Virus record (IMG/VR): IMGVR_UViG_3300044912_000713
Reading direction: 5' to 3' (one strand)
DNA: 64,000 bases
Source of the DNA: an uncultured virus (IMG/VR IMGVR_UViG_3300044912_000713)
Taxonomy: Duplodnaviria > Heunggongvirae > Uroviricota > Caudoviricetes
Position numbers and translations under genes: made by a program. The notes below the pieces were generated by a model, which did no database searches, was not told the origin of the DNA, and was given only the letters and a program-made list of their open reading frames with translations. Position 1 is the stretch's first letter. Each line of letters starts with the position of its first letter. Shown piece by piece: positions 45,934 through 55,588 of this stretch.

Positions 45934-47544
45934 GAAGACGCCGTGCGATGTTATCACAGCCTCCACTATCCCACCCCTCAGGTGGGCGAACGCCTCCTCG
46001 GGCCGCTCGACTATCGGCTCCTCGTGCACGTTGAAAGACGTGTTCACCAGCACCCCGAATCCGGATAGCCTCTTGTATTCGCTGAGTATCGCGTAGAACA
46101 GCGGATTGACCGACTCCCTCACTACCTGTATCCTGGCCGTCTTGTCCACGGGATGGACGACCGTGGGTATCCTCTCCGCCCAGCCGGGTTTCGTGTCGAC
46201 CAGCATCGTCATGAACTCGCAGCACTTACTCGACTTGCGCAAATCGAAGATTTCATCGGCGTCCTCCTCGAGCACCGCCGGGGCGAACGGCATGTAGTCG
46301 TTCCTCTTCAGCCTTCCATTCAATTTCGCGTAGGTTCCCTCCTTCGTGGCGTCGCATATTATGCTCCTGTTTCCCAGCGCCCGGGGTCCGTGCTCGCTCC
46401 TGCCCTGGTAGAGGGCCATGATTGTCCCCGAGTGCAGCGACCTCGCGATTTCGGAGATGTCCAGGTCCGAAACCGTCAATCCGTGCGCCGCGGATAGAAC
46501 GTCCTCCCTCGTGTAGGCGTTTCCCAAATACATCGACTCCACGGGAGCCGGATTGAGGCGACCGTCCAGCCTGTGTATGGTTCCGAAGCAGCACCCTAGC
46601 GCCAGCCCCTCGTCTCCCATCGGAGGCAGCACGAACACCTCGTCGAACTGCGGCATCTCGTTGATGCGCCGGTTCAGCTTCACGTTGGCGAATATGCCGC
46701 CGCTGAGGGCTATCTTTCGGCACTGCGGGGCCTTTCTGGAATAGTTTGAAATCAGCTCCACCACCTTGTCCTCGAAGAGCCGCTGTCCCGTGTGGGCTAT
46801 GTTCTGCAGCGCCTTCTTGAACTTCCAGTTCTTCGAGCCGACAACCTCGTAGAACGACCGGTTCAGGTTGTAGTACACTCCGCCGGCCTCCACCACGTGG
46901 GTGTCGGGGCCGGTCTGCGTGTCCATTATGGGCAGGACGGAAGACCAGACGGCGTACAGGTCATTCCACATGTGTCCGTGCCCGGAGAGCCCGACCACCT
47001 TTCCCTCGTCCTTCAGCCTCCTGAAGCCTACGAGCTCGGTGAGGGCCGCGTAGAAGTGTCCGAGCGAGACCCTGTCGGTCTTTATTCCATCCACGTAGCT
47101 CATCCTTCCCCCGCTACCTACGTAGGTGCGGGAGCTGTGCGCGTTGACTCCACCGCTGGCGTCGGCGCAGAAGACCAGCGTGTCTTCGGAGAATCCGCTC
47201 ATCTGGTACGACAGCGCGGCATGGGCCTCGTGGTGGTCTATCGACACGTACTTGTGCTCCGGAATCTGGTATCCGGTCGTGGCCTTGAATATGTCTATCC
47301 CGGTCTGCGTCGGGAAGAAAGACGTGAAGTGGTCGACGTCTTCGAAATCGACCCCGAACCGCTCTTTGAGGCACGACAAGCTGCGCTGCGGAAAGCGCTC
47401 GAAGTCGTTCTCGTAGTCGACGTGCGGCTTGATTCTGGTCAGCCTCTCCTCCTCTATTGCGGCGACGATTCTTCCATCGACGACGTATGCGGCACCGCAT
47501 GAGTGCGCCCCCGCTATGAATCCCAATATCTTACAGCTTTTCAT
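45925..47544 (-). CDS. NodU/CmcH-family carbamoyltransferase
   Basis: EEER.TR.K, HHEAHA, EGKVVGL, GGIFANVKLN, GPRALGNRS, MPFAP, NTSFN. Confidence 0.93.
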   Translation of the reverse strand: MKSCKILGFIAGAHSCGAAYVVDGRIVAAIEEERLTRIKPHVDYENDFERFPQRSLSCLKERFGVDFEDVDHFTSFFPTQTGIDIFKATTGYQIPEHKYVSIDHHEAHAALSYQMSGFSEDTLVFCADASGGVNAHSSRTYVGSGGRMSYVDGIKTDRVSLGHFYAALTELVGFRRLKDEGKVVGLSGHGHMWNDLYAVWSSVLPIMDTQTGPDTHVVEAGGVYYNLNRSFYEVVGSKNWKFKKALQNIAHTGQRLFEDKVVELISNYSRKAPQCRKIALSGGIFANVKLNRRINEMPQFDEVFVLPPMGDEGLALGCCFGTIHRLDGRLNPAPVESMYLGNAYTREDVLSAAHGLTVSDLDISEIARSLHSGTIMALYQGRSEHGPRALGNRSIICDATKEGTYAKLNGRLKRNDYMPFAPAVLEEDADEIFDLRKSSKCCEFMTMLVDTKPGWAERIPTVVHPVDKTARIQVVRESVNPLFYAILSEYKRLSGFGVLVNTSFNVHEEPIVERPEEAFAHLRGGIVEAVITSHGVFSL

Positions 47545-48631
47545 TCTCGGTTATTTTATGTGTCAAGGCCAATGCGGGTATCTTCTTGTGACATTCGAAG
47601 TGCCTCGGGGTATCCTCGTGTCTCGGACACCAGCGCCAGTCACCCTTGTTGAATCTGAACGCCGGGTCGTTCCAGCACGAGTTGCATACGCTATGGTCGG
47701 AAATCCTCACCGTGTTGAAGGTGAACTCGTGCTCGGGGTTGGTGAAGTTGGATATCATGTACACCCGCTTCCTCATCGCGTACGCGAGCCACGATATCCC
47801 GCTCGACAGCCCTATGAAGAAGTCGCAGTGGTGCAGGTGCGTCATCAGAGACTCCATGGACTTGTCGCCCATCTCCTCCAGCCCATCGAACTCGGATGTC
47901 TTTACGCCCATCATGTCCGACTCTTTCGAAACCTCTACGACCCGATATCCCCTCTCCCGCAGGAAGTCTATCGTTTCCTGCCAGTGGTACCACAGCTTGC
48001 ACTGGGACGTGGAGTAGATGGATATGCAGACGTATTTCTCGGCGAAGGGTCTCTCAGAGGGGTAGTAGTCAATCAGCGGCTGTATCTCGCGGTGCGGAAG
48101 GTGCAGTATGTTGGACGCGCTCTGCTGCAGTGGAATCAGTATCGGATTGACCGGCTCTTTGTTCGTGTCCCAGAACCATCCTATCTCGAACATGGCGATT
48201 AGGTCGTTGACCACGACCCCGCGACCGACGAACTCCAGCTCCGGATATGCCTTCTCGAAAAGGAAGTTCTTGAACGTCGAGACGATTACCTTGCACTGAT
48301 AGTGCCTTGCGAATTCGAGGCAGTATGGCATCCATGCGATTGTGTCGCCGAGGGCCTTGCTGTCGAACGATATCATTACCCTCTTGCCTTTAATCCTGTC
48401 GAGGAAGTTAATCTGCTCAATCGTCCTTCCCTCGAATCTAATGATGACCGCGAGGTTCGAAAGGTAGCGCCTGTTCAGCCTAATCCATCCCCCGTTGGAG
48501 ATGGTGGATTTGTACACCGTGTCGCTGGTGTCGCGGTCTATTACGGATACCTCGTATTGGCGGTTCTTTCCCCCGTCCGCGGTGAGCTCGAAGTACAGGC
48601 CATTGACGTGATGGATGTTGTATGTCAGCAT
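47531..48631 (-). CDS. Aah/TibC-type autotransporter protein O-heptosyltransferase
   Basis: FDSKALGDTIAW, FFIGLSSGISWLA, ISNFT...EF, Cys finger CNSCWN...WCP...FEC. Confidence 0.8.
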   Translation of the reverse strand: MLTYNIHHVNGLYFELTADGGKNRQYEVSVIDRDTSDTVYKSTISNGGWIRLNRRYLSNLAVIIRFEGRTIEQINFLDRIKGKRVMISFDSKALGDTIAWMPYCLEFARHYQCKVIVSTFKNFLFEKAYPELEFVGRGVVVNDLIAMFEIGWFWDTNKEPVNPILIPLQQSASNILHLPHREIQPLIDYYPSERPFAEKYVCISIYSTSQCKLWYHWQETIDFLRERGYRVVEVSKESDMMGVKTSEFDGLEEMGDKSMESLMTHLHHCDFFIGLSSGISWLAYAMRKRVYMISNFTNPEHEFTFNTVRISDHSVCNSCWNDPAFRFNKGDWRWCPRHEDTPRHFECHKKIPALALTHKITENEKL

Positions 48632-49662
48632 CGCTTGATTGTTTTTTCGTATGCAATTGTGTACCTGTCGGCAATCTCGGAGGAGCCGAGGTTGTGGAAC
48701 GACAGCGCCGACTCGTACATCCGCGCCAGGGTCCGGCATACCAGCCTCCAGTCATACGAATCCCGGACCGAAAGCATCCGATTCCTAATCGGGAAGTATT
48801 CTGCCATGGTCGCGCGAACGCCCTCTGTCACCGCCTCGGCGCTGATATCCGGGATGACGTGCAGTCCCGGGATGGGGCGCGAGCCCCGGTACGTCCCCAC
48901 TATGGGAAGGCAGCAGCTGGCCGCCTCGCAAAGGGTAAGGTTCGGATGCCCGTATTCGAGGTTGGAGGGGTGGAGGAATATGTGGTGGGATTTGAATATC
49001 TCGACCTTCTCCTGCTCCGTGGGGTTGCTGTCGATGACCGTGAGCCTTTCGTACGAAAGCAGGTCCTTGTGAATCTCGAAGAACCTGGTGTTTGCGTCGG
49101 CTCCCACAATCGTTATCGGGAGGTTGAGCGCTCGGGCGGCCTCTATGCCGAACCTGAAGCCCTTTCTGTCCGCGCCATAGTCCCCGGCGACTCCGTTGTT
49201 GGCGCACATCAGCAGCCTGAACTCGTTGACCATCTCCACCTCTCCGGGGGTGTAGTAGGAGGTGTCTGCCCCGTGGGTGAGGTAGAAGAGCTTGTCCGTG
49301 TCGTCGAAGTAGTCCACCACGTACTCGGCCGGTGCGATTGAGAATATGGACCCCTTCATGGCCTTCAGCTGCTGCTTGTAGTTGAAGCTGTCCTTTCCGT
49401 AGAAGAACGAGTGGTGGTCGTGGGTGGAGTACACGTAGGGTATCCCCCGAGCCTCCGCCTCCAGGCAGAGGTTGGCGACGTGTATGTGCACGATGTCGTA
49501 GTCCTCCTTTCTGACCTCGTTGAGGTACCTAACGTCCACGTGGTGGCCGAGCGCCCTGAGGTTCTTGGCGTACTCGTCCGTTATCAGCTCTGTAGCGCCC
49601 CATCCCCTCTCTCCCGTGGGAAGTATGGGCATGTTGCTGCTTATGACCTGGCATATTCTCAT
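48625..49662 (-). CDS. GT4-family glycosyltransferase
   Basis: GWGATE, DIVHIH, E..HPNLTLCEA. Confidence 0.85.
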   Translation of the reverse strand: MRICQVISSNMPILPTGERGWGATELITDEYAKNLRALGHHVDVRYLNEVRKEDYDIVHIHVANLCLEAEARGIPYVYSTHDHHSFFYGKDSFNYKQQLKAMKGSIFSIAPAEYVVDYFDDTDKLFYLTHGADTSYYTPGEVEMVNEFRLLMCANNGVAGDYGADRKGFRFGIEAARALNLPITIVGADANTRFFEIHKDLLSYERLTVIDSNPTEQEKVEIFKSHHIFLHPSNLEYGHPNLTLCEAASCCLPIVGTYRGSRPIPGLHVIPDISAEAVTEGVRATMAEYFPIRNRMLSVRDSYDWRLVCRTLARMYESALSFHNLGSSEIADRYTIAYEKTIKRC

Positions 49663-52367
49663 TTGCTGAACTTTTTATCCTGTTTGTCTATTAGCGAGTA
49701 TCCGTCGGCCTGCGAGGTGTAGCGGGACTTGACAATCCCCATCTTGTACGGGCTTGCGCGGAATATGTGGTTGAACAGTATGTCCGCCGCGTCCCACTTC
49801 CTGGTCCTGAACTGCTCCTTTATCCACTTCGATGCGAATCGGGGGAACATGACGCACTGTATTCCAATTATGTGGTTCGTGATGTACATGAGCGACTGGT
49901 TCGGCACCTCCTCCGTTACGGGAGACTGCGGCCACCCGTGCTCCAGGGTCTTCGTGTCGCCGAACGAGAAGTACCCTATGTTCCGTTCGGACATCACTTC
50001 CGCGGCGCGGTTCACGGCGTCCACGAACTCCTCGTGCGGCTTCTCTATTATGCAGTCCCCCTCGCAAAGTATGAGGTAGTCGCAGTCGTCGAATTCGGAC
50101 AGAATCGCGTTCTTGAATGACTCGTAGCAGCCGTAGTGGGCCGGCGTCAGCGCGGTTCCCAGCCTCTGCACGGTCTGCTCGTCGAACAGCTCCATCGAGA
50201 CGCACTGGGGCCTCTCGCAGTTGAAGGACGGCGGAAGGTCCGCGTAGGGCTCGTTCCTATGAAGCACGTATTCTATTCCAAACTTGGATAGCGGTTCCAG
50301 CGACCGCCGGCTCTCCTGCTCCTTCGGAAGGTCGAGGGTTGTCTGCAGGTGAACGAGCTTCACTTTCGGCCTTTTGTTCTTCCACTTGTACGTCCCGGTG
50401 GACTTGTACGTGGGGAGGTTCTTTTCGGTTATGGTGTAGGATTCGGTCTTGTACGGCTCGTCTCCGTCGTAGAATGAGAGCGTGACCTTCACGGGCTTTC
50501 CGGCGAATTTGAACTCCTTCTTGAACTCGCGCTGCTTGCTTATCTGGAAGCGCCCGTTGAAGGTTTCGAATCCGTCCTCCTCAATCACCACTCCGACCCT
50601 CCTGTCGTCAACGTTGTAGGTGAAGAAGTAGAACATGAAGTCGTTGTCCCCCTTGTCTATCGGGAGTATCGAGTAGTACTCGGAGTTCGATGCCACGCCG
50701 AGGCCGCTGTGCTTTATGAGCGTCTCCTCCTGATTGTGTATTACGGTCACGCCGTCGAGCCCGTTCAAGCGCTTTACCATGTAGTCCTCGAGGAAGTTAT
50801 GCGCCCCAATTGCCGAGCATGCGGAGTTGTAGGCCTCCGCGGTCCTCACGTCGTCGAAGGATTGCAGGAAGAATTCGGTTTGGAAGAACATTCCGTTGGT
50901 CTGTATGCCCTTTCCGAACGGGGTGTTCAGGCTTCCGAGGTAGGCCTTGCGTCCGGAGGCCACCGACTCGAATCCGGTCTCGATGACCGGAAAGTCGCGC
51001 TCGTCCAGGACGACGTCGTACGTGGAGTAGAAGAACCTGGAGTATCCCATGTCCCTCGCGAACTTGGCGGCCGTGAAAAGGTTCATCAGCACCGTGAGGC
51101 TCTGGTTGCTGTGCTTCAGGCCGTTTATGTTCATGTCGACGTTGAACTCGTCCGTGTGCCGGTAGAATTTCGTGTAGTACGAGTGGTGGCATAGCCTGTT
51201 TTCCGAGTCGAATATGTAGTAGTCCACCATCCGCTGCGTCTCCGTGTCCACCGGATAGTGCGATATGAGCAGTATTCTCCTTCCGAGCGCCTTTGCGCTG
51301 GTTATCGTGTTCTTGGTCAGCTCGACGCGGCTCTTCAGGTTTGGATATGTCCCGATTACGACCAGCTCGTCCGTGTTGTTGAAGGCCTTGGGCGACACGA
51401 TGTTTTTCAACAGCTCCGCGTCCTGCTTCAGGTCTCCCGTGAGGTAGTTCATGTTCGGGGTTCCGTGGAATCGGTTTAGGTATACGTCGAGGTTGTACAT
51501 CAGCTTTGGAAGCGACTCGTACTGCAGCGCCTCCTTTATCACTATGGGGTTCAACTCCTTGTTTCCCCTGTCCCCCTTCGATGGGAAGAGGAACAAATCG
51601 GCGGCCTTCAAAAACTCGTCGGCGTCCGAGCGCTCTCCCCAGATGACGCAGTTCTGCAGCCTCGGCTCGTCCTTCTTCCACTCCATCAAAGGCACCCAGT
51701 AGCTCGAGAAGTTGTCGGCCTGGTTGCCCAGGAAGTGAAATTTAATCTTGTAGTCAGACAGCTCGTGGCACAGCTCGAAGGCATATCCCTGGTTCTTCCT
51801 CTTCGTGAAGAGCCCGATTATCACCACGTGTTTGTAGTCGGGTTCGAGCCCTAGTCTCTTTCTCGCGGCCATCTTGTCCTGCTGCTTGGCATCGACCGGG
51901 TACTCTATTATTTCGAACGGCACATTGAGGTGCTTGTACTTCAAGGCGTTGTAAGGGCTGACGAAAACGAACCTGTCCGGCATGTATCTCTTGCTCCCGG
52001 GATTGAAGCTGCTGTCGTGGGTGGTTTCCACAATCGTGTATTCGCGCTCGGGACGGTACACCCACTGCGCCATGTCCTCCGACATGAACATCTCGGGAAA
52101 CTCCTCGACGCTCACGCAGTCCGGTTTGAAGTCCTCGAATATCCGCTTCAGCTCATCCGTCTTGTTCTGTCCGAGGGTCTTGAACCGGTCCGGTTCGAGA
52201 GCCCCGACTATTATGTTTCTCTGCACCACGTAGTTCCATGCCAGCATCGCGTGCTCCACGACCATTACGTCAAACCTGTCCTTCAGCAGCAGCACCTTGT
52301 TCGCGGTTACCTGCGGAGCGCCTCCCGTGCTCAGGTGCGGCGTAAATATCAAAAGTCTCTTTTTCAT
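49659..52367 (-). CDS. Multidomain glycosyltransferase (GT4-like, central GT-A-like, GT25-like)
   Basis: HLSTGGAPQ, RKNQ, ELNPIVIKEA; YDVV; GCYESF...LCEGDC...AAD. Confidence 0.8.
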   Translation of the reverse strand: MKKRLLIFTPHLSTGGAPQVTANKVLLLKDRFDVMVVEHAMLAWNYVVQRNIIVGALEPDRFKTLGQNKTDELKRIFEDFKPDCVSVEEFPEMFMSEDMAQWVYRPEREYTIVETTHDSSFNPGSKRYMPDRFVFVSPYNALKYKHLNVPFEIIEYPVDAKQQDKMAARKRLGLEPDYKHVVIIGLFTKRKNQGYAFELCHELSDYKIKFHFLGNQADNFSSYWVPLMEWKKDEPRLQNCVIWGERSDADEFLKAADLFLFPSKGDRGNKELNPIVIKEALQYESLPKLMYNLDVYLNRFHGTPNMNYLTGDLKQDAELLKNIVSPKAFNNTDELVVIGTYPNLKSRVELTKNTITSAKALGRRILLISHYPVDTETQRMVDYYIFDSENRLCHHSYYTKFYRHTDEFNVDMNINGLKHSNQSLTVLMNLFTAAKFARDMGYSRFFYSTYDVVLDERDFPVIETGFESVASGRKAYLGSLNTPFGKGIQTNGMFFQTEFFLQSFDDVRTAEAYNSACSAIGAHNFLEDYMVKRLNGLDGVTVIHNQEETLIKHSGLGVASNSEYYSILPIDKGDNDFMFYFFTYNVDDRRVGVVIEEDGFETFNGRFQISKQREFKKEFKFAGKPVKVTLSFYDGDEPYKTESYTITEKNLPTYKSTGTYKWKNKRPKVKLVHLQTTLDLPKEQESRRSLEPLSKFGIEYVLHRNEPYADLPPSFNCERPQCVSMELFDEQTVQRLGTALTPAHYGCYESFKNAILSEFDDCDYLILCEGDCIIEKPHEEFVDAVNRAAEVMSERNIGYFSFGDTKTLEHGWPQSPVTEEVPNQSLMYITNHIIGIQCVMFPRFASKWIKEQFRTRKWDAADILFNHIFRASPYKMGIVKSRYTSQADGYSLIDKQDKKFSK

Positions 52368-53308
52368 AGGTATTCTCTTATTGAGGCATAAACAGAATCA
52401 ACGGGCGGATGGCACTCCATGGTTGGATAGTTCTCCAGGCACCTTATGAGGGGCGCCACGCCCTGTATGTTTCCCCACTCTTTAATCCCGTGCTTGGCGT
52501 CCGACCCGCACTCCAGCGCGCAAGAACCCCTCACGTAGCGGTACTTCCACGTCTGCCCTCCCTTCCTGTAGGGGGCGCGGAACTCCTGCTTAATGTTCGA
52601 CCCGAGGTGGATTATCGGCGCCTCCGTCGTCCCGGCCAGGTGCAGCAGTCCGCTGTCCATCGTCACGAAGCAGGCGCTCTTCTGTATTATCCACCAGCAG
52701 TCCGAGACGCTCGTCTTGTTCATCAGGTTTCTTCCAAGCGGGATGTCAAAGTTGAAGACGGGCTTCTGTACGTTGAAGAACCCAGTCTCGCTGGAGTCCT
52801 TTCCTATCGAGACCACATGGATGCCCTGCTCGTTGAGTTTCGCCGTCAGCTCCATCCATCGGGAAGCCTCCCACGTCCTTGTCGGCCACGATGACACCGG
52901 GTGAATCACCACGTAGGGCTTGTCGGGTATCATGGATTCATCGATGGGAAATACGGGCCTGTAATGGCACTCCATCTCGTCTTTCGCGAGCATGAATCCC
53001 AGCTGTATTGCGTGAAACTGCCTTATGTCAATCATGTTGTGCTTGTACTCGATTCCCCGCTCGTTCTTCTTTCCCACGTTGTAGAACGTGTCGTGCACTA
53101 TGTAGTTCGAAGAGAAGTGGTCCATGTCTACGGACGACCTCTTGTAGCTCGCGTCCACGTACGGGTTCTCTTTGAAAATGTCCGGACGCTGGGATATGAC
53201 TGTCACCCTTTTTCCGTAGTAGTCGTGCAGCTTCTTAATCGTGGGAGTGGCGCAAATCAGGTCGCCGAGCCCGTTGCACTGCTCGAGGTTTATGGCTATT
53301 GGTTTCAT
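52364..53308 (-). CDS. GT9-family (heptosyltransferase-like) glycosyltransferase
   Basis: GLGDLICATP, VIHP, MDSGLLHLAG. Confidence 0.88.
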   Translation of the reverse strand: MKPIAINLEQCNGLGDLICATPTIKKLHDYYGKRVTVISQRPDIFKENPYVDASYKRSSVDMDHFSSNYIVHDTFYNVGKKNERGIEYKHNMIDIRQFHAIQLGFMLAKDEMECHYRPVFPIDESMIPDKPYVVIHPVSSWPTRTWEASRWMELTAKLNEQGIHVVSIGKDSSETGFFNVQKPVFNFDIPLGRNLMNKTSVSDCWWIIQKSACFVTMDSGLLHLAGTTEAPIIHLGSNIKQEFRAPYRKGGQTWKYRYVRGSCALECGSDAKHGIKEWGNIQGVAPLIRCLENYPTMECHPPVDSVYASIREYL

Positions 53309-54132
53309 ATAACGTATTTGAAGTGGTCGAAATACCACTTGAACCTGTTTACTATCCACTCGCAGACGTACTGTCCGAGCACGTCCTTTGCATCGGAGGG
53401 TCTCATCTCCAGCGTGTTTCTAATAATGTGGTCGCCGAATCCCATGTGCGGGTTGTCGTCCTCGTGCGTCAGCTGCGGGATGTGGTCGAAGTTGTGCTGG
53501 AAGAACGGTATTTCAAGGTAGTTGTATATGCGTGAAATCTCCCTGTCGGGATTGAGGCAGAAGTCCTCGTACTTAACGAAAAGTATCTTATGCTCGTCCT
53601 TCATCTGAATGACGCTCTCTATGCGCTCCAGCATGATGCCGATGGGAACGCCGTTTGCCCACGAGTCTATGCGCTTGTTCACTATGGTGTTCTTCATCTC
53701 GGCCCAGTCAATCATGAGGTCCTTGTGCATGTTCTTCCTGAACTTCTTCTCCATGCTGCAGAAAACGTCCCTGAGGTCTCGAACCATGCAGACTATCTTC
53801 GGTTGGTATGGCAGGAACTCCTCAATCCACCTTACGTACGGCGTCCATGCCCTTCCCTTGTCGATGTAATACTTCTTGTTGGTTATGGAGTTGGCATATC
53901 CGTGAATGGCGGAGTTGCAGAATCCGGCGAACGCCTTTCGCATGGCATCCTGGTCAAGCGCGTGCTTGAACTCTTCGATTGTGGTGAAGTTGTGCCTTGC
54001 CCCGTACAGCAAGTCCATCAATCCGCTGGTCGGAGTAGCGTAGATGTCCGGATTCTGGGCCAATATGTTCTGCAGCAGGGTGCTCCCGCTCCTCGGCATG
54101 CTGGACTGGAAGAAGATTCTTTCTACTGCCAT
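53305..54132 (-). CDS. Sulfotransferase
   Basis: MPRSGSTLL (5'-PSB), RDLRDVFCS (3'-PB), KYEDF. Confidence 0.9.
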   Translation of the reverse strand: MAVERIFFQSSMPRSGSTLLQNILAQNPDIYATPTSGLMDLLYGARHNFTTIEEFKHALDQDAMRKAFAGFCNSAIHGYANSITNKKYYIDKGRAWTPYVRWIEEFLPYQPKIVCMVRDLRDVFCSMEKKFRKNMHKDLMIDWAEMKNTIVNKRIDSWANGVPIGIMLERIESVIQMKDEHKILFVKYEDFCLNPDREISRIYNYLEIPFFQHNFDHIPQLTHEDDNPHMGFGDHIIRNTLEMRPSDAKDVLGQYVCEWIVNRFKWYFDHFKYVI

Positions 54133-54141
54133 TTTTTTTCG

Positions 54142-54167
54142 TGAATTTATGGAAATTCTTATATTCA
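54142..54167. promoter_or_regulatory. Back-to-back divergent TAnnTTCA promoter boxes
   Basis: TAAATTCA on minus (54142-54149) and TATATTCA on plus (54160-54167) between divergent genes. Confidence 0.65.
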
Positions 54168-54185
54168 CGGAAGTAAATAATTGAC

Positions 54186-54575
54186 ATGAATATATCAATA
54201 GGACCGGGCGAGGCGTACGACCGCCTCACGATACTCGAGATTAAGCTGAGGCGAATCTCCGACCCCGAAAAGCTCAAGAACGTCGACCGGGAATTGACGT
54301 CCCTCTCCGCCTCCATACTCAACTATTGCGCCCGGACCAACCAGGCGCCACCGCCCGAGCTCGTAGACTCTCTAAGATTCGTCAACGAAAGGCTCTGGAA
54401 GGTGGAGGACGAACTCAGGCAGCTGGAGAGCGAAAAGGCCTTCGGGGACCATTTCGTGAAGCTGGCGAGGCAGGTGTACTACCTCAACGACGAGAGGGCT
54501 GAGTTGAAGAAGGAGATAAACTTGAAAATGAATTCGGAATTCGTAGAAGAGAAGTCATATAAACCGTACAAATGA
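54186..54575 (+). CDS. DUF6165-like protein
   Basis: GE..DRLTILEIK...N..LW.VED..R...AR.VY..ND.R...K..IN...EEKSY. Confidence 0.75.
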   Translation: MNISIGPGEAYDRLTILEIKLRRISDPEKLKNVDRELTSLSASILNYCARTNQAPPPELVDSLRFVNERLWKVEDELRQLESEKAFGDHFVKLARQVYYLNDERAELKKEINLKMNSEFVEEKSYKPYK

Positions 54576-55087
54576 TAAAACCGGGAGAGATAACGGTCCT
54601 GTTCGGACAGCCGCACAGCGGCAAGAGCACCCTTGCGTGGGAGCTGAAGAAGGCTTTGATTGAATCGGAGGGAATATCCTATCCCATAGTAGACGGGGAC
54701 GAGATTAGGGCCATCTTCAAAAACGGCGACTACAGCCGGGAAGGTAGGATTAGGAACCTGCAGAGAATCAGCGACATAGCCGTCTACCTAGCCCAGCAGC
54801 ACGAAAGGGTTATTGTGGCTGCGGTTTACCCTTACAAAGAGGCAAGGGAATACCTCGACTCGCAGATTAAAGACGTGAAATGGATTCACCTGAGCTACGA
54901 TGGGGTAAGGGGAAGGGAGACCTTCCACGTCAAAGACTTCGACCACGTGTTCTATGGTGGAAATACATATTCAATAAATACAAGCAAAAATGGAACAGAC
55001 GAGTGCTGCCAGAAAATACGCCTTATTCATCGGCCGCTACCAGACGCTGCACGAAGGGCACAAGTACCTATTCAGAAAGAAGATTGA
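54572..55087 (+). CDS. cysC: Adenylylsulfate (APS) kinase
   Basis: GQPHSGKST, VDGDEIR, YSREGRIRN. Confidence 0.8.
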   Translation: MIKPGEITVLFGQPHSGKSTLAWELKKALIESEGISYPIVDGDEIRAIFKNGDYSREGRIRNLQRISDIAVYLAQQHERVIVAAVYPYKEAREYLDSQIKDVKWIHLSYDGVRGRETFHVKDFDHVFYGGNTYSINTSKNGTDECCQKIRLIHRPLPDAARRAQVPIQKED

Positions 55088-55367
55088 CGAGGGAGTGCCG
55101 GTCATGGTTGCAATCCGGGACGTGCCGACGGACGAGAAAAACCCGTATAACCCGACGCAAGTCGTGGACATGTTCTTCCACGACCCCGAAACCTCCAAAT
55201 GGATATCCGAGTCGATGATGATTGTAACAGTCATCCCGGACATAGAGGGGGTGTACTACGGCAGGGACGTCGGATACAAGGTGGAGCAGCTCGCGGTTCC
55301 GCCGGAAGTGGCGTCAATCTCCGCAACTGCGATAAGGGAAGAGAAGAGAAAAAGGGGAGAGATATGA
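54990..55367 (+). CDS. Small HxGH nucleotidyltransferase
   Basis: GRYQTLHEGH, YGRDVGY, ISATAIR. Confidence 0.8.
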   Translation: MEQTSAARKYALFIGRYQTLHEGHKYLFRKKIDEGVPVMVAIRDVPTDEKNPYNPTQVVDMFFHDPETSKWISESMMIVTVIPDIEGVYYGRDVGYKVEQLAVPPEVASISATAIREEKRKRGEI

Positions 55368-55588
55368 CAATCGACAAGAAGAGGCACGTCGCAAAGACCA
55401 TAAGCTACCGGCTCGTAAGCACGGGAATAGGCTTCGTCATGATGTATTTCGCCACCGGCAGCCTTAAGATAGGCGCCGCTTTCGGCGTTGCGGAGCTGAT
55501 ATACAAGCCCATTCAATACTACCTGCACGAGAGGGTCTGGTACCGATACATAAAGTACGGACTCAAGAGAGAGAAGGGTCAACGGTAG
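55364..55588 (+). CDS. DUF2061-like small membrane protein
   Basis: KTISYR...YYLHERVW. Confidence 0.75.
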   Translation: MTIDKKRHVAKTISYRLVSTGIGFVMMYFATGSLKIGAAFGVAELIYKPIQYYLHERVWYRYIKYGLKREKGQR

